From the NCBI RefSeq assembly GCF_053078305.1, contig NZ_CP166879.1: a DNA stretch of 64,000 bases; one strand, written 5' to 3'. The notes beneath the pieces were generated by a model. The model worked only from the letters and a program-made list of their open reading frames with translations. It did not search any database and had not been told where the DNA came from. Below, in pieces: positions 18,835 through 31,678 of this stretch (position 1 is its first letter; every line of letters starts with the position of its first letter). Both the position numbers and the translations under genes were made by a program.

Positions 18835-19742
18835 AACGCGCTCCGGGTGTGAGACAGATTTTCAAAGGTGAGATCGGCATGAACTCGCAGTGTGCCGCGA
18901 CGATGCGCCCAGCAGCCGGTAGAAACAGCAACGCCGATGGTTGACGGATGGCGGGCGGCAGATTCGATATGCACGCCCATCACTGAACTGTTGCCAGTCA
19001 GCCCTTGTGGACCAATCCCCAGACGGTTGAGTCCTTCTTCCAGGCGTAGCTCCAGCTCTGCCGCTTTTGGATTGGGGTGGCGGCTGCCAATCGGGCGCAA
19101 AATGGCTTTACGCGAGAGTACGGCGGCGGTTTCCACCGAGGTGGCGATGCCCACGCCCACCAGTACCGGTGGACAGGCGTTTACGGCGAGGGTGGAGATA
19201 TTTTCGAAGACGAATTTCACTACGCCTTCGTAGCCTTCTGACGGCATTAACACTTTCGAGCGGCCAGGTAGCGTGCAGCCGCCGCCTGCCATGTAAACTT
19301 CGATTTCCGCATCGTCACCGTCGGGGACGATATCCCAGGTGACCCACGGTACGCCGCTGCCGGTATTTTTGCCTGTGTTCACTTCGTCAAAAATTTCTAC
19401 CGCATTGTGACGTAGTGGCGCTTTGACGGTTGCCTCTTCCACGGCTTGTTTGAGTATGCTTTGCAGCTCGCCAAGCAGTGGGAAGCGGGAACCGACTTTA
19501 ACGAAGAACATAATCTCCCCGGTGTCCTGACAGGCAGGACGATTCAGGTCAATCGCTTTTTGCATGTTGTCGAACATCGTATGGTAGATAATTTTCCCCA
19601 TCGACGACGTTTCGGCATCCTTTAGCTGTTTTAGTTTATCCACCACGTCATCAGGCATTCGGGTAGAAATCATGGCGGTAAAGTTAGCGACAATCTCCGT
19701 CAACTTATTCACTGCCTGTTGCTTATTACTTTCGCTCATCAT
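18831..19742 (-). CDS. ttdA: L(+)-tartrate dehydratase alpha subunit (start trimmed to MMSESNKQQ; ORF track extends to 19796)
   Basis: 303-aa protein from internal ATG; Fe-S hydro-lyase alpha-type. Confidence 0.85.
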   Translation of the reverse strand: MMSESNKQQAVNKLTEIVANFTAMISTRMPDDVVDKLKQLKDAETSSMGKIIYHTMFDNMQKAIDLNRPACQDTGEIMFFVKVGSRFPLLGELQSILKQAVEEATVKAPLRHNAVEIFDEVNTGKNTGSGVPWVTWDIVPDGDDAEIEVYMAGGGCTLPGRSKVLMPSEGYEGVVKFVFENISTLAVNACPPVLVGVGIATSVETAAVLSRKAILRPIGSRHPNPKAAELELRLEEGLNRLGIGPQGLTGNSSVMGVHIESAARHPSTIGVAVSTGCWAHRRGTLRVHADLTFENLSHTRSAL

Positions 19743-19948
19743 GGCAACTCCAGTTTCTGTATTTGTCTGGAAAAATTCACCGCCACAAACTACCACTAAA
19801 AATGTGGTTTTATATTTTTTGCCACCGTGAATATGTAATTAACAGTTCGTGAATCAACGCGAAAATAAGTATGAATATTGCGCCAGAGCAGGGAATGGCA
19901 ATGTTTTGCGAAATACACTGCGCTTATCACAACTGCGGATAATTAACG

Positions 19949-20881
19949 ATGCTGAATAGCTGGCCTTTAGCCAAAGATTTGCAGGTACTGGTAGAAATCG
20001 TCCACAGCGGGAGTTTTAGCGCCGCAGCGGCGACGCTTGGGCAGACGCCCGCATTTGTCACCAAGCGGATCCAAATCCTTGAAAATACGTTGGCAACAAC
20101 GCTGCTGAACCGCTCCGCTCGCGGCGTGGCGCTGACTGAAAGTGGTCAACGTTGTTACGAACATGCGCTGGAAATCCTCACCCAATATCAGCGACTGGTC
20201 GATGACGTCACGCAAATCAAAACGCGCCCGGAGGGGATGATTCGTATTGGTTGCAGTTTTGGTTTTGGGCGCAGCCATATTGCGCCAGCCATTACCGAAC
20301 TGATGCGCAATTATCCTGAGTTACAGGTGCATTTTGAATTGTTCGATCGACAAATTGATTTAGTGCAGGATAATATTGATCTGGATATTCGTATTAATGA
20401 CGAAATTCCTGATTATTATATTGCGCATCTTTTGACAAAAAATAAAAGAATATTATGCGCAGCACCTGAGTATCTGCAAAAATATCCGCAGCCACAATCC
20501 CTACAGGAATTAAGTCGTCATGACTGTCTGGTGACCAAAGAGCGCGATATGACCCACGGAATATGGGAGTTGGGGAACGGTCAGGAGAAAAAATCGGTGA
20601 AGGTTAGCGGGCATCTTTCCTCCAATAGCGGCGAGATTGTGCTGCAATGGGCGCTGGAGGGCAAAGGGATTATGCTGCGTTCCGAGTGGGATGTGTTGCC
20701 GTTTCTGGAGAGTGGCAAACTGGTGCAAGTATTGCCGGAGTATGCACAAAGCGCCAATATCTGGGCTGTTTACCGGGAGCCGCTCTATCGCAGCATGAAA
20801 TTACGTGTCTGCGTGGAATTTCTGGCGGCATGGTGCCAGCAACGGCTGGGCAAACCCGATGAAGGCTATCAGGTCATGTAG
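19949..20881 (+). CDS. ttdR: LysR-type transcriptional activator of ttd operon
   Basis: 310-aa ORF with N-terminal LysR HTH. Confidence 0.85.
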   Translation: MLNSWPLAKDLQVLVEIVHSGSFSAAAATLGQTPAFVTKRIQILENTLATTLLNRSARGVALTESGQRCYEHALEILTQYQRLVDDVTQIKTRPEGMIRIGCSFGFGRSHIAPAITELMRNYPELQVHFELFDRQIDLVQDNIDLDIRINDEIPDYYIAHLLTKNKRILCAAPEYLQKYPQPQSLQELSRHDCLVTKERDMTHGIWELGNGQEKKSVKVSGHLSSNSGEIVLQWALEGKGIMLRSEWDVLPFLESGKLVQVLPEYAQSANIWAVYREPLYRSMKLRVCVEFLAAWCQQRLGKPDEGYQVM

Positions 20882-20893
20882 ATCCACCAGAAA

Positions 20894-21511
20894 TCACTCG
20901 GGATCCTTTTCGCGCTTTCTTTTGAATTTCGTCCAGATTTTTGTCTCCTGACGACGCCACAGACGCTGGATGTTGTCATGATGACGCAGCAGGATCAGGC
21001 AAGAGAGCATCGAAACCGGGAAGGTGAATTGTGGCTTAAACCACCAGACATAAAACGGAGCAATCAGTGCACTGACAATCGCTCCCAGCGACGAGTATCC
21101 GCTCAATAGCACGGTCAGTAACCAGGTTCCCGCCATTACTCCGGTGAGATCCCAGCCAATGGGTGCGATGGCACCAAAAGCGGTAGCAACGCCTTTTCCT
21201 CCTTTAAATCCGAAGAAAACGGGCCAGATGTGTCCAAGACAGGCGGCGATGGCAATTAAGCCTAGCCAGAAGGGGCTGACACCTAATTCATACGCGCCCC
21301 AGACGGGCAACATTCCTTTCAGAACGTCGAAAATCAGTACTGCTACGGCTGCTCCCTTGCCACCGATACGTAACACATTGGTTGCGCCTGGATTGCCGGA
21401 GCCGCTGGTTCGCGGATCGGGCAGCCCACACAAGCGGCAAACCAGAATGGCACTGGAAATGGAGCCGCAGAGGTACGCGATGAGGATCATTCCAGGCGCG
21501 ATTGCACTCAT
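20894..21511 (-). CDS. plsY: Glycerol-3-phosphate acyltransferase PlsY
   Basis: 205-aa membrane protein matching E. coli PlsY (YgiH). Confidence 0.9.
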
Positions 21512-21615
21512 AAGCTGTTCCGTTTTGAAAATTCGTGTTCAACGATGAATCTGTGGATAATACGCACATTTCGCCGGAAGTGGTATCCGGTTAGCCAAAA
21601 AGCAGGCAGGACGTG

Positions 21616-21984
21616 ATGGATATTGTATTTATAGAGCAACTTTCGGTAATCACCACTATTGGTGTTTACGACTGGGAACAGACCATCGAACAGAAGTTAG
21701 TGTTCGATATCGAAATGGCGTGGGATAACCGTAAAGCGGCGAAAAGTGATGATGTGGCGGATTGCCTCAGCTACGCTGACATTGCAGAAACGGTGGTCAG
21801 CCACGTCGAGGGGGCACGTTTTGCGCTGGTGGAGCGCGTGGCGGAAGAGGTGGCGGAGCTGCTGTTAGCACGCTTCAACTCGCCGTGGGTGCGTATCAAA
21901 CTCAGCAAGCCAGGCGCAGTGGCGCGGGCGGCGAATGTTGGCGTAATCATTGAGCGTGGCAATAATCTGAAAGAAAATAATTAA
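21616..21984 (+). CDS. folB: Dihydroneopterin aldolase
   Basis: 122 aa from ATG (ORF track starts at GTG 21613). Confidence 0.9.
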   Translation: MDIVFIEQLSVITTIGVYDWEQTIEQKLVFDIEMAWDNRKAAKSDDVADCLSYADIAETVVSHVEGARFALVERVAEEVAELLLARFNSPWVRIKLSKPGAVARAANVGVIIERGNNLKENN

Positions 21985-22074
21985 TTTTACAGCTGTTAAA
22001 CCAAACGGTTATAACCTGGTCATACTGCAGTAGTTCGGACAAGCGGTACATTTTAATAATTTAGGGGTTTATTG

Positions 22075-22896
22075 ATGAGCGATATGCACTCGCTGCTGAT
22101 AGCGGCAATATTGGGTGTGGTCGAAGGATTGACAGAATTTCTGCCGGTATCCAGCACGGGCCATATGATTATTGTCGGTCACTTGTTGGGGTTTGAGGGC
22201 GACACGGCGAAAACCTTTGAAGTTGTGATCCAGTTAGGATCAATTCTGGCGGTAGTAGTGATGTTCTGGCGGCGTCTGTTTGGCCTGATTGGCATCCACT
22301 TTGGCCGCCCGTTGCAGCACGAAGGAGAAAGCAAAGGTCGTTTAACGCTGATCCACATTTTGCTGGGGATGATTCCGGCGGTGGTACTGGGGCTGTTGTT
22401 CCACGACACGATTAAGTCATTGTTTAACCCGATAAATGTGATGTATGCGCTGGTCGTTGGCGGTTTGTTGCTGATTGCCGCCGAATGCCTGAAGCCGAGA
22501 GAGCCGCGTGCGCCGGGTCTTGATGATATGACCTATCGTCAGGCGTTTATGATTGGCTGTTTCCAGTGTCTGGCGCTGTGGCCGGGTTTCTCCCGTTCCG
22601 GGGCGACCATTTCAGGTGGGATGCTGATGGGGGTGAGCCGTTACGCTGCTTCCGAGTTTTCGTTCCTGCTGGCGGTGCCGATGATGATGGGCGCAACGGC
22701 GCTCGATCTCTACAAAAGCTGGGGCTTCCTGACAAGCGGCGATATCCCGATGTTTGCCGTTGGGTTTATCACCGCTTTTGTGGTGGCGCTGATAGCGATT
22801 AAAACCTTCCTGCAATTGATTAAGCGCATTTCGTTTATCCCGTTCGCCATTTATCGCTTTATTGTGGCGGCTGCGGTGTATGTCGTGTTCTTTTAA
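22075..22896 (+). CDS. uppP: Undecaprenyl-diphosphatase (BacA)
   Basis: 273 aa from [11 protein letters not shown] (ORF track starts at TTG 22072). Confidence 0.9.
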   Translation: MSDMHSLLIAAILGVVEGLTEFLPVSSTGHMIIVGHLLGFEGDTAKTFEVVIQLGSILAVVVMFWRRLFGLIGIHFGRPLQHEGESKGRLTLIHILLGMIPAVVLGLLFHDTIKSLFNPINVMYALVVGGLLLIAAECLKPREPRAPGLDDMTYRQAFMIGCFQCLALWPGFSRSGATISGGMLMGVSRYAASEFSFLLAVPMMMGATALDLYKSWGFLTSGDIPMFAVGFITAFVVALIAIKTFLQLIKRISFIPFAIYRFIVAAAVYVVFF

Positions 22897-22935
22897 TTGA
22901 GGAATAGTGTCGGATGCCTGGCGTTGTCCACGATT

Positions 22936-23065
22936 GCGTAGGCCGAATAAGGCGTTCACGCCGCATCCGGCAATCAACGCCTGATGCGACGCTTGCGCGT
23001 CTTATCAGGCCTACAACTGTCGTTGACGTGTAGCCGGATAAGGCGTTTACGCCGCATCCGGCAAA
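22936..23065. repeat. BIME: cluster of three REP palindromes between uppP and cca
   Basis: TAGGCCGAATAAGGCGTTCACGCCGCATCCGGCA / GCCTGATGCGACGCTTGCGCGTCTTATCAGGC / GTAGCCGGATAAGGCGTTTACGCCGCATCCGGCA. Confidence 0.8.
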
Positions 23066-23076
23066 ATGCCCAATAC

Positions 23077-24315
23077 TCATTCAGGCTTTGGGCAACGTTG
23101 TTCCTTCCAGCTGGCTACCGCCGCAATCCGCCGTCGGGTCAGCTCCTCGCGAATCTCCACGCCTTTAAATCCCGCTTCAACGACGGCTTTTGTCGGCACT
23201 GACTGCGCCACTTCCCAGGCTTCGCGCAACCAACGGCCTTGCGGGTAGTCCGCTGATTCAAAACCGGTTCTGCCGCGCACGTCAGCCTCGCTGGTCAGCG
23301 CCAGTTGCTCGACACGCTGCGGTTTACGCCAGGCATCGATGGAATCAAATAATTTGACGATGGTTTTTGGGTTCAGCATTGGGAAGGTGTGGATGAGATC
23401 GTGAAACTCAGCCACCAGTCTGGCTAAATCGCGAATTTCATTTGGCACGCGCAGACGCTGGCATAGTTGTTCCACTAACTTAACACCCGCCGGGCCATGA
23501 CCATGATGACGCGGCCAGAGTTCTGGCGGCGTCAGTCCTTTACCGAGATCGTGGCATAAAGTTGCGAAACGGACATCGACCTGCGGACTCAGCATCGCCG
23601 CCATTGAGAGCGTCATTAAGGTATGAATACCCGTGTCGATTTCCGGATGCCACCTGGCAGGGGCCGGAACGCCAAACAGGGCGTCAATTTCCGGGAATAA
23701 AACGCGAAGTGCACCGCAATCGCGCAGTACCTGGAAGAACACCTGGGGATTGCTGGTGGTGAGGGCGCTTTCCGTCTCTTTCCACACCCGTTCAGGCGTC
23801 AGGTGTTCCAGTTCACCCGCATGGGTCATCTCGCGCATCAACGCCAGAGTTTCATCGGCAATACGAAAACCGAGGTGGGCATAACGCGCAGCAAAACGCG
23901 CCACGCGCAGTACGCGTAACGGATCTTCGCCAAAAGCGGGGGAAACATGGCGCAACAGACGATTTTGCAGATCGCCCAGACCGTTGTACGGGTCGATAAT
24001 CTCGCCGTTATCGTCCTGGGCCAGCGCATTAATGGTCAGATCGCGACGCTTAAGATCATCTTCCAGCGTGACATCCGGTGCGGCATAGCAGGTAAAACCG
24101 GTGTAACCGGAGCCGGATTTCCGTTCGGTACGTGCCAGCGCATACTCTTCATGCGTTTGCGGATGCAGAAACACAGGAAAATCGCGGCCTACCTGCTGGT
24201 AGCCCGCGTCGAGCATCTCCTGTGGCGTACTGCCGACCACTACCCAATCTCTGTCTTTGACCGGTAGCCCTAACAATGCATCCCGAACAGCACCACCGAC
24301 CAGATAAATCTTCAC
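23077..24315 (-). CDS. cca: CCA-adding tRNA nucleotidyltransferase
   Basis: 412-aa [33 protein letters not shown] domain. Confidence 0.95.
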   Translation of the reverse strand: MKIYLVGGAVRDALLGLPVKDRDWVVVGSTPQEMLDAGYQQVGRDFPVFLHPQTHEEYALARTERKSGSGYTGFTCYAAPDVTLEDDLKRRDLTINALAQDDNGEIIDPYNGLGDLQNRLLRHVSPAFGEDPLRVLRVARFAARYAHLGFRIADETLALMREMTHAGELEHLTPERVWKETESALTTSNPQVFFQVLRDCGALRVLFPEIDALFGVPAPARWHPEIDTGIHTLMTLSMAAMLSPQVDVRFATLCHDLGKGLTPPELWPRHHGHGPAGVKLVEQLCQRLRVPNEIRDLARLVAEFHDLIHTFPMLNPKTIVKLFDSIDAWRKPQRVEQLALTSEADVRGRTGFESADYPQGRWLREAWEVAQSVPTKAVVEAGFKGVEIREELTRRRIAAVASWKEQRCPKPE

Positions 24316-24378
24316 GCCATCATCCCTTCGTCAAATACACAATTCCTAATAATAAGACAGTGCAACGAAGAAGGCGAT

Positions 24379-24999
24379 TTAGTTCATCCAGCGATCTTTG
24401 CGTTTGCGGCTTGGGATCAGGTGCGGCAGTACCAGACCGAGCAGCAAGCCAAGCCCCAGCACGCCGCCGCCATACATAAACCATTGCATGATGATGGTGC
24501 GCTGTTTGTCATCCAGCTGTACGCTGGCGGCATCGACCTTTTTCTGCGCGACAATCAGCTCGTTTTTCAGTTTCTGATTTTCTTCTTTTAACCCATTGAT
24601 CACGCTGTCGCTCTGCGCCACTTTTTGCTGCATTTCTGCGGTGCGCTGATTCCAGGTGTTATCGATATTGGTGAGTTTATCGGTCAGGGTTTTGACCTGA
24701 TTTTCCAGATCTGGCACACGGGAGCGCAGGCTTGGCTCAGTGCTAAGTTGTTTCAACGGGATCCAGGCGGTACGGCCAGAGCTGTCTTTCACCTGGGCAT
24801 AATTGGTGTTGGCGTCAGTTTGTAATAAGGTCACTTCCTCGCCGGCGTTAACCGTGCCCACGAGGCGATAATGATCTCCCGGACCGCTGCGGACCCAGGT
24901 ATTCAGTTCGTCGGAAACATAGCGCGTTTCTTCAGCGTGTGAGACGGCAGTCGCGCTAAGTGCGAGTAAAGTTAATCCGATCAGGCGTAATTTTGGCAT
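24379..24999 (-). CDS. ygiM: SH3-domain membrane protein YgiM
   Basis: 206-aa ORF with signal peptide, SH3b-like domain, coiled coil and C-terminal TM. Confidence 0.85.
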   Translation of the reverse strand: MPKLRLIGLTLLALSATAVSHAEETRYVSDELNTWVRSGPGDHYRLVGTVNAGEEVTLLQTDANTNYAQVKDSSGRTAWIPLKQLSTEPSLRSRVPDLENQVKTLTDKLTNIDNTWNQRTAEMQQKVAQSDSVINGLKEENQKLKNELIVAQKKVDAASVQLDDKQRTIIMQWFMYGGGVLGLGLLLGLVLPHLIPSRKRKDRWMN

Positions 25000-25240
25000 C
25001 AGGCTGTCGTTATTGTCATGGAAAGTGGAACGATAGTAGTGGCATCAGTGTCGCTACGCAAAGCATTCGACATCAATCGGAATCCTCTGTGTCAGGTCTT
25101 GCCACTGCTTCAAACTTTTACGCCCGTCAAATTGCCCGTTGCATGGCAATTTGGCGCAAAATACTATCTACTGACAAAAAAGATCGCATTAAGTTCGCCG
25201 TTCATCGTCACTTATGTGACATAACCGATAAGTAAAGGCC

Positions 25241-26542
25241 ATGGCTCAGGAAATCGAATTAAAGTTTATTGTTAATCACAGTGCCGTTGAGGCGTTGCGT
25301 GACCATCTCAATACGCTGGGCGGCGAGCACCATGACCCCGTGCAGTTGCTGAATATTTACTACGAAACGCCGGATAACTGGCTGCGTGGGCACGATATGG
25401 GCTTACGTATTCGTGGCGAAAACGGTCGCTATGAGATGACCATGAAAGTTGCAGGAAGAGTGACAGGCGGCTTACACCAGCGCCCGGAATATAACGTGGC
25501 GTTGAGCGAACCGACGCTCGACCTGGCGCAGTTTCCCTCGGAAGTCTGGCCGAACGGCGAATTGCCCGCCGATCTCGCTTCCCGCGTACAACCGCTGTTC
25601 AGCACCGATTTTTATCGCGAAAAATGGCTGGTGGCGGTCGATGGCAGCCGAATTGAAATCGCTCTCGATCAGGGTGAGGTGAAAGCGGGGGAATTTGCTG
25701 AACCTATCTGTGAGCTGGAACTGGAGCTGCTTAGCGGCGACACGCGCGCGGTGCTGAAACTGGCGAACCAACTGGTATCGCAAATCGGATTACGCCAGGG
25801 CAGCCTGAGCAAAGCGGCGCGTGGCTATCATCTGGCGCAGGGCAATCCGGCGCGTGAAATCAAACCGACCACCATTTTGCATGTTGCGGCAAAAGCCGAT
25901 GTGGAACAGGGGCTGGAAGCGGCGCTCGAGCTGGCGTTAGCGCAATGGCAGTATCATGAAGAACTGTGGGTACGCGGCAACGATGCGGCGAAAGAACAGG
26001 TGCTGGCAGCCATTAGCCTGGTCCGTCATACGCTGATGCTGTTCGGTGGTATTGTGCCGCGTAAAGCGAGCACTCACTTACGTGATTTGCTGACCCAATG
26101 CGAAGCGACCATTGCTTCTGCGGTTTCTGCCGTGACGGCGGTCTACTCTACCGAAACGGCAATGGCGAAGCTGGCGTTGACCGAATGGTTGGTAAGCAAA
26201 GCATGGCAGCCATTTTTAGATGCCAAAGCGCAGGGCAAAATCAGCGACTCCTTCAAACGCTTTGCCGATATCCATCTTTCCCGCCATGCCGCTGAACTGA
26301 AAAGCGTTTTCTGCCAGCCGTTAGGCGATCGCTACCGTGACCAGTTGCCACGCCTGACGCGTGATATTGACTCAATACTGTTGCTGGCGGGTTACTATGA
26401 TCCTGTCGTCGCGCAAGCCTGGCTGGAGAACTGGCAGGGGCTGCATCACGCTATTGCGACCGGGCAACGCATCGAAATTGAACATTTCCGTAATGAGGCA
26501 AACAATCAGGAACCGTTCTGGTTGCACAGCGGAAAACGTTAA
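25241..26542 (+). CDS. ygiF: Inorganic triphosphatase (CYTH + CHAD domains)
   Basis: 433-aa ORF matching E. coli YgiF. Confidence 0.9.
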   Translation: MAQEIELKFIVNHSAVEALRDHLNTLGGEHHDPVQLLNIYYETPDNWLRGHDMGLRIRGENGRYEMTMKVAGRVTGGLHQRPEYNVALSEPTLDLAQFPSEVWPNGELPADLASRVQPLFSTDFYREKWLVAVDGSRIEIALDQGEVKAGEFAEPICELELELLSGDTRAVLKLANQLVSQIGLRQGSLSKAARGYHLAQGNPAREIKPTTILHVAAKADVEQGLEAALELALAQWQYHEELWVRGNDAAKEQVLAAISLVRHTLMLFGGIVPRKASTHLRDLLTQCEATIASAVSAVTAVYSTETAMAKLALTEWLVSKAWQPFLDAKAQGKISDSFKRFADIHLSRHAAELKSVFCQPLGDRYRDQLPRLTRDIDSILLLAGYYDPVVAQAWLENWQGLHHAIATGQRIEIEHFRNEANNQEPFWLHSGKR

Positions 26543-26564
26543 TCAGGCAAGGATAAAATCGCTT

Positions 26565-29405
26565 ATGAAGCCGCTCTCTTCACCGTTACAGCAGTACTGG
26601 CAGACCGTTGTTGAGCGGCTGCCAGAGCCTTTAGCCGAGGAATCACTTAGCGCACAGGCGAAGTCAGTACTTACTTTCAGTGATTTTGTGCAGGACAGCG
26701 TGATTGCGCATCCAGAGTGGCTGACGGAACTGGAAAGCCAACCGCCGCAGGCCGACGAATGGCAGCATTACGCGGCATGGTTGCAGGAGGCGCTCAGTAA
26801 TGTGAGTGACGAAGCCGGGTTAATGCGCGAGCTGCGGCTGTTCCGTCGGCGCATCATGGTACGTATCGCCTGGGCGCAAACGCTGGCACTGGTTACTGAA
26901 GAGAGCATATTGCAGCAGCTCAGCTATCTGGCGGAGACGCTGATTGTTGCGGCGCGTGACTGGCTATATGACGCCTGCTGCCGCGAGTGGGGAACGCCGT
27001 GCAATGCGCAGGGCGAAGCGCAACCGCTGCTGATTTTAGGCATGGGTAAGCTGGGCGGCGGGGAACTGAATTTCTCCTCTGATATCGATCTGATTTTTGC
27101 CTGGCCGGAACATGGTTGTACGCAGGGGGGACGCCGGGAACTGGATAACGCGCAGTTTTTTACCCGCATGGGGCAGCGGCTGATTAAAGTGCTGGATCAA
27201 CCAACGCAGGATGGCTTCGTCTATCGCGTGGATATGCGGCTGCGTCCGTTTGGCGAAAGTGGCCCGCTGGTGCTGAGCTTTGCCGCGTTGGAAGATTATT
27301 ACCAGGAGCAGGGGCGCGACTGGGAGCGTTACGCGATGGTCAAGGCGCGTATTATGGGCGATAGCGACGGCGTCTATGCTAACGAGTTGCGTGCGATGCT
27401 GCGCCCGTTTGTTTTCCGTCGTTACATCGATTTCAGCGTGATTCAGTCGCTGCGCAACATGAAAGGGATGATTGCCCGTGAAGTGCGTCGACGTGGTTTG
27501 ACCGACAATATCAAACTCGGCGCAGGCGGCATTCGCGAAATTGAATTTATCGTTCAGGTGTTCCAGCTCATTCGCGGCGGGCGCGAACCGTCGCTGCAAT
27601 CGCGCTCTTTACTGCCAACGCTCAGCGCCATTGCCGAGCTGCATCTGCTTTCTGAAAACGATGCTGAACAATTGCGAGTGGCGTATCTGTTCCTGCGGCG
27701 TCTGGAAAACCTGCTGCAGAGCATTAACGACGAACAAACCCAGACGCTTCCTTCTGATGAGCTTAACCGTGCGCGGCTGGCGTGGGCGATGGACTTTGCT
27801 GACTGGCAGCAACTGACTGGGGCGCTGACCGGACATATGACCAATGTGCGCCGGGTGTTTAATGAATTGATTGGCGACGACGAAAGTGAAACTCAGGAAG
27901 AGTCGCTGTCGGAACAGTGGCGTGAGCTGTGGCAGGACGCGTTGCAGGAAGATGACACTACACCAGTGCTGGCGCATCTTAGCGAGGACGATCGCAAACA
28001 GGTGCTGACGCTGATTGCTGATTTCCGCAAAGAACTGGATAAGCGCACTATCGGGCCACGCGGGCGTCAGGTGCTCGACCATCTGATGCCGCATCTGCTA
28101 AGTGATGTCTGTGCGCGTGAAGACGCTGCCGTTACGCTGTCGCGCATTACCGCCTTGCTGGTGGGGATTGTTACCCGCACCACCTATTTAGAATTGCTCA
28201 GTGAATTCCCCGCGGCGCTTAAACATTTGATTTCTCTGTGTGCCGCGTCGCCGATGATTGCCAGCCAGCTGGCGCGTTATCCATTATTGCTGGATGAATT
28301 GCTCGATCCAAACACCCTTTACCAGCCGACGGCGACCGATGCCTACCGCGATGAGTTGCGCCAGTATTTGCTGCGCGTGCCGGAAGATGACGAAGAGCAA
28401 CAGCTTGAGGCGCTGCGTCAGTTCAAACAGGCGCAGCTGTTACGCATTGCGGCAGCGGATATCGCCGGTACGCTGCCGGTAATGAAAGTGAGCGATCACT
28501 TAACCTGGCTGGCGGAAGCCATGATTGACGCCGTTGTTCAGCAGGCGTGGGTTCAAATGGTTGCCCGCTACGGTAAGCCAAATCACCTGAACGATCGCGA
28601 AGGGCGTGGTTTTGCGGTGGTCGGCTACGGCAAGCTGGGCGGCTGGGAGTTAGGCTACAGTTCCGATCTTGACCTTATCTTCCTCCATGATTGCCCAATG
28701 GATGCGATGACTGACGGTGAGCGGGAAATCGACGGGCGGCAGTTTTATCTGCGTCTGGCGCAACGCATTATGCATCTGTTCAGTACGCGTACCTCTTCCG
28801 GCATTTTGTATGAAGTGGATGCTCGACTGCGTCCGTCCGGGGCGGCGGGAATGCTGGTGACATCCGCAGAAGCATTTGCCGATTATCAGAAAAACGAGGC
28901 CTGGACGTGGGAACATCAGGCGCTGGTGCGTGCACGTGTAGTGTACGGCGATCCGCAGCTCACCGCGCACTTTGACGCGGTGCGTCGTGAGATTATGGCG
29001 CTGCCGCGCGAAGGCAAAACCCTGCAAACAGAAGTGCGGGAAATGCGCGAGAAAATGCGCGCTCATCTCGGCAATAAACATCGCGATCGCTTTGATATCA
29101 AAGCCGATGAAGGCGGAATTACCGATATCGAATTTATTACCCAATATCTGGTGTTGCGCTACGCTCATGAAAAACCGAAGTTAACGCGCTGGTCAGACAA
29201 CGTGCGCATTCTGGAACTGCTGGCACAAAACGACATTATGGAAGAGCAGGAAGCGATGGCGCTGACCCGTGCTTACACGACGCTTCGCGATGAACTTCAT
29301 CATCTGGCATTACAGGAATTGCCGGGCCATGTGTCGGAGGATTGCTTCACCGCAGAGCGTGAACTGGTGCGGGCAAGCTGGCAGAAGTGGCTGGTGGAAG
29401 AATGA
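26565..29405 (+). CDS. glnE: Glutamine synthetase adenylyltransferase/adenylyl-removing enzyme (start trimmed to MKPLSSP; ORF track starts 26361)
   Basis: 946 aa from ATG at 26565; two nucleotidyltransferase domains. Confidence 0.95.
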   Translation: MKPLSSPLQQYWQTVVERLPEPLAEESLSAQAKSVLTFSDFVQDSVIAHPEWLTELESQPPQADEWQHYAAWLQEALSNVSDEAGLMRELRLFRRRIMVRIAWAQTLALVTEESILQQLSYLAETLIVAARDWLYDACCREWGTPCNAQGEAQPLLILGMGKLGGGELNFSSDIDLIFAWPEHGCTQGGRRELDNAQFFTRMGQRLIKVLDQPTQDGFVYRVDMRLRPFGESGPLVLSFAALEDYYQEQGRDWERYAMVKARIMGDSDGVYANELRAMLRPFVFRRYIDFSVIQSLRNMKGMIAREVRRRGLTDNIKLGAGGIREIEFIVQVFQLIRGGREPSLQSRSLLPTLSAIAELHLLSENDAEQLRVAYLFLRRLENLLQSINDEQTQTLPSDELNRARLAWAMDFADWQQLTGALTGHMTNVRRVFNELIGDDESETQEESLSEQWRELWQDALQEDDTTPVLAHLSEDDRKQVLTLIADFRKELDKRTIGPRGRQVLDHLMPHLLSDVCAREDAAVTLSRITALLVGIVTRTTYLELLSEFPAALKHLISLCAASPMIASQLARYPLLLDELLDPNTLYQPTATDAYRDELRQYLLRVPEDDEEQQLEALRQFKQAQLLRIAAADIAGTLPVMKVSDHLTWLAEAMIDAVVQQAWVQMVARYGKPNHLNDREGRGFAVVGYGKLGGWELGYSSDLDLIFLHDCPMDAMTDGEREIDGRQFYLRLAQRIMHLFSTRTSSGILYEVDARLRPSGAAGMLVTSAEAFADYQKNEAWTWEHQALVRARVVYGDPQLTAHFDAVRREIMALPREGKTLQTEVREMREKMRAHLGNKHRDRFDIKADEGGITDIEFITQYLVLRYAHEKPKLTRWSDNVRILELLAQNDIMEEQEAMALTRAYTTLRDELHHLALQELPGHVSEDCFTAERELVRASWQKWLVEE

Positions 29406-29452
29406 AGTATGGTATTATCGCGCGCAAATTTTGAATCTCTCAGGAGACAGGA

Positions 29453-30886
29453 ATGAAAGTAACGCTGCCAGAGTTTGAACGAGCAGGAGTGATGGTGGTT
29501 GGTGATGTGATGCTGGATCGTTACTGGTACGGTCCCACCAGCCGTATCTCGCCGGAAGCGCCGGTGCCCGTGGTTAAAGTGAATACCATCGAAGAACGCC
29601 CGGGCGGCGCGGCTAACGTGGCGATGAATATCGCTTCTCTCGGTGCTAATGCACGTCTGGTCGGGTTGACGGGCATTGACGATGCAGCGCGCGCGCTGAG
29701 TAAATCTCTGGCCGACGTCAACGTCAAATGCGACTTCGTTTCTGTACCGACGCATCCGACCATCACCAAATTACGGGTACTTTCCCGCAACCAACAGCTG
29801 ATCCGTCTGGATTTTGAAGAAGGTTTCGAAGGTGTTGATCCGCAGCCGCTGCACGAGCGGATTAATCAGGCGCTGAGTTCGATTGGCGCGCTGGTGCTTT
29901 CTGACTACGCCAAAGGTGCGCTGGCAAGCGTACAGCAGATGATCCAACTGGCGCGTAAAGCGGGCGTTCCGGTGCTGATTGATCCAAAAGGTACCGATTT
30001 TGAGCGCTACCGCGGCGCTACGCTGTTAACGCCGAATCTCTCGGAATTTGAAGCTGTTGTCGGTAAATGTAAGACCGAAGAAGAGATTGTTGAGCGCGGC
30101 ATGAAACTGATTGCCGATTACGAACTCTCGGCTCTGTTAGTGACCCGTTCCGAACAGGGTATGTCGCTGCTGCAACCGGGTAAAGCGCCGCTGCATATGC
30201 CAACCCAGGCGCAGGAAGTGTATGACGTTACCGGTGCGGGCGACACGGTGATTGGCGTCCTGGCGGCAACGCTGGCAGCGGGTAATTCGCTGGAAGAAGC
30301 CTGCTTCTTTGCCAATGCGGCGGCTGGCGTGGTGGTCGGCAAACTGGGAACCTCCACGGTTTCGCCGATCGAGCTGGAAAACGCTGTACGTGGACGCGCA
30401 GATACCGGCTTTGGCGTGATGACCGAAGAGGAACTGAAGCTGGCTGTAGCGGCAGCGCGTAAACGTGGTGAAAAAGTGGTAATGACCAACGGTGTCTTCG
30501 ATATCCTACATGCCGGGCACGTCTCTTATCTGGCAAATGCCCGCAAGCTGGGTGACCGCTTGATTGTTGCCGTCAACAGCGATGCCTCCACCAAACGGCT
30601 GAAAGGGGATTCCCGCCCGGTAAACCCACTCGAACAGCGTATGATTGTGCTGGGCGCACTGGAAGCGGTCGACTGGGTAGTGTCGTTTGAAGAAGACACG
30701 CCGCAGCGTCTGATCGCCGGGATCCTGCCAGACCTGCTGGTGAAAGGCGGTGACTACAAACCGGAAGAGATCGCCGGGAGTAAAGAAGTCTGGGCCAACG
30801 GCGGCGAAGTGTTGGTGCTCAACTTTGAAGACGGTTGCTCGACCACTAACATTATCAAGAAGATCCAACAGGATAAAAAAGGCTAA
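29453..30886 (+). CDS. hldE: Bifunctional D-beta-D-heptose 7-phosphate kinase / heptose 1-phosphate adenylyltransferase
   Basis: 477-aa ORF; ribokinase-like N-domain and cytidylyltransferase C-domain (VFDILHAGH). Confidence 0.95.
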
Positions 30887-30965
30887 CCGGAAAGCGGTTC
30901 ACAGATCTCGCTTCGTACATGGCAGGCCTATTGACGCTGTTGTTTTTTCAACCTAGAGTAAAGGA

Positions 30966-31108
30966 ACAAGGGTAAGGGAGGATTTCTCCCCCCTCTGATG
31001 AGTTGTTAGTAAGTCGGGAAACTTAACAGTAACAACACAACCAGTATGATGACGAGCTTCATCATAACCCTTTCCTTCTATAAGGCCCCTTCCTCGGGAG
31101 GGGCTTTC
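30966..31108 (+). ncRNA. sibD: Sib-type antisense sRNA (antitoxin of ibsD); coordinates approximate
   Basis: Sigma70-like promoter TTGACG-17-TAGAGT at 30931-30959; transcript covers ibsD antisense; terminator hairpin GGCCCCTTCCTCGGGAGGGGC near 31083-31103. Confidence 0.6.
31006..31065 (-). CDS. ibsD: Type I toxin Ibs, 19 aa (MMKLVIILVVLLLLSFPTY)
   Basis: Hand-translated from reverse complement; hydrophobic 19-mer identical in form to E. coli Ibs toxins; missed by ORF track. Confidence 0.8.
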   Translation of the reverse strand: MMKLVIILVVLLLLSFPTY

Positions 31109-31341
31109 CCGTTTCAGCCCCTTGCTGACTCCCCGATTGTTGATGAGCGCCGGACCCCGCGCAACGCTTTCCCTGAAGCAGTTTTGCCTTCCCCGAGCGG
31201 TCACGCAAAACGCTGCAACGTCCTGAGCATTTGCACCTTTTAGCGGAACGCAGATATAAAAAATCCCCGGCTTTTTGGGCCAGGGATATGCGTTAATGAA
31301 ACCTTCTTGACGCTGATTTTTTTTCAACCTAAAGTAAAGGA

Positions 31342-31483
31342 ACAAGGGTGAGGGAGGATTTCTCCCCCTCTGATTGGCTGTTAATAAGCTGCGAAACTTA
31401 CGAGTAACAACACAATCAGTATGATGACGAGCTTCATCATAACCCTTTCCTTATACAAGGCCCCTTCTTCGGGAGGGGCTTTC
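31342..31483 (+). ncRNA. sibE: Sib-type antisense sRNA, second tandem copy; coordinates approximate
   Basis: Promoter TTGACG-17-TAAAGT at 31307-31335; tandem ~375-bp duplicate of sibD unit. Confidence 0.6.
31381..31440 (-). CDS. ibsE: Type I toxin Ibs, 19 aa (MMKLVIILIVLLLVSFAAY)
   Basis: Hand-translated; second copy in tandem repeat. Confidence 0.8.
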   Translation of the reverse strand: MMKLVIILIVLLLVSFAAY

Positions 31484-31678
31484 CCGTTTCAGCCCCTTGC
31501 TGACTTCCCGATTGTTGATGAGTGCCGGATCCCGCGCAATGCTTTCCCTGTGGCAGTTTTGCCTTCCCCGAGCGGTCACGCAAAACGCTGCAACGTCCTG
31601 AGCATTTGCACCTTTTAGCGGAACGCAGATATAAAAAATCCCCGGCTTTTTGGGCCAGGGATGTTCATAGCTGAAAAT

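Noticed and set aside
22900-23076. Small ORFs (22859..23080, 22984..23202) spanning the uppP-cca intergenic region
   Set aside because: Region is a BIME/REP cluster; ORFs are by-products of palindromic repeats
26361-26564. N-terminal 68 codons of ORF 26361..29405 overlapping ygiF
   Set aside because: glnE starts at the ATG at 26565 ([10 protein letters not shown]) after the ygiF stop; the upstream extension overlaps ygiF in another frame
31046-31618. Two nearly identical 65-aa plus-strand ORFs (31046..31243, 31421..31618)
   Set aside because: They run through the Sib sRNA and terminator; the coding features are the 19-aa Ibs toxins on the opposite strand
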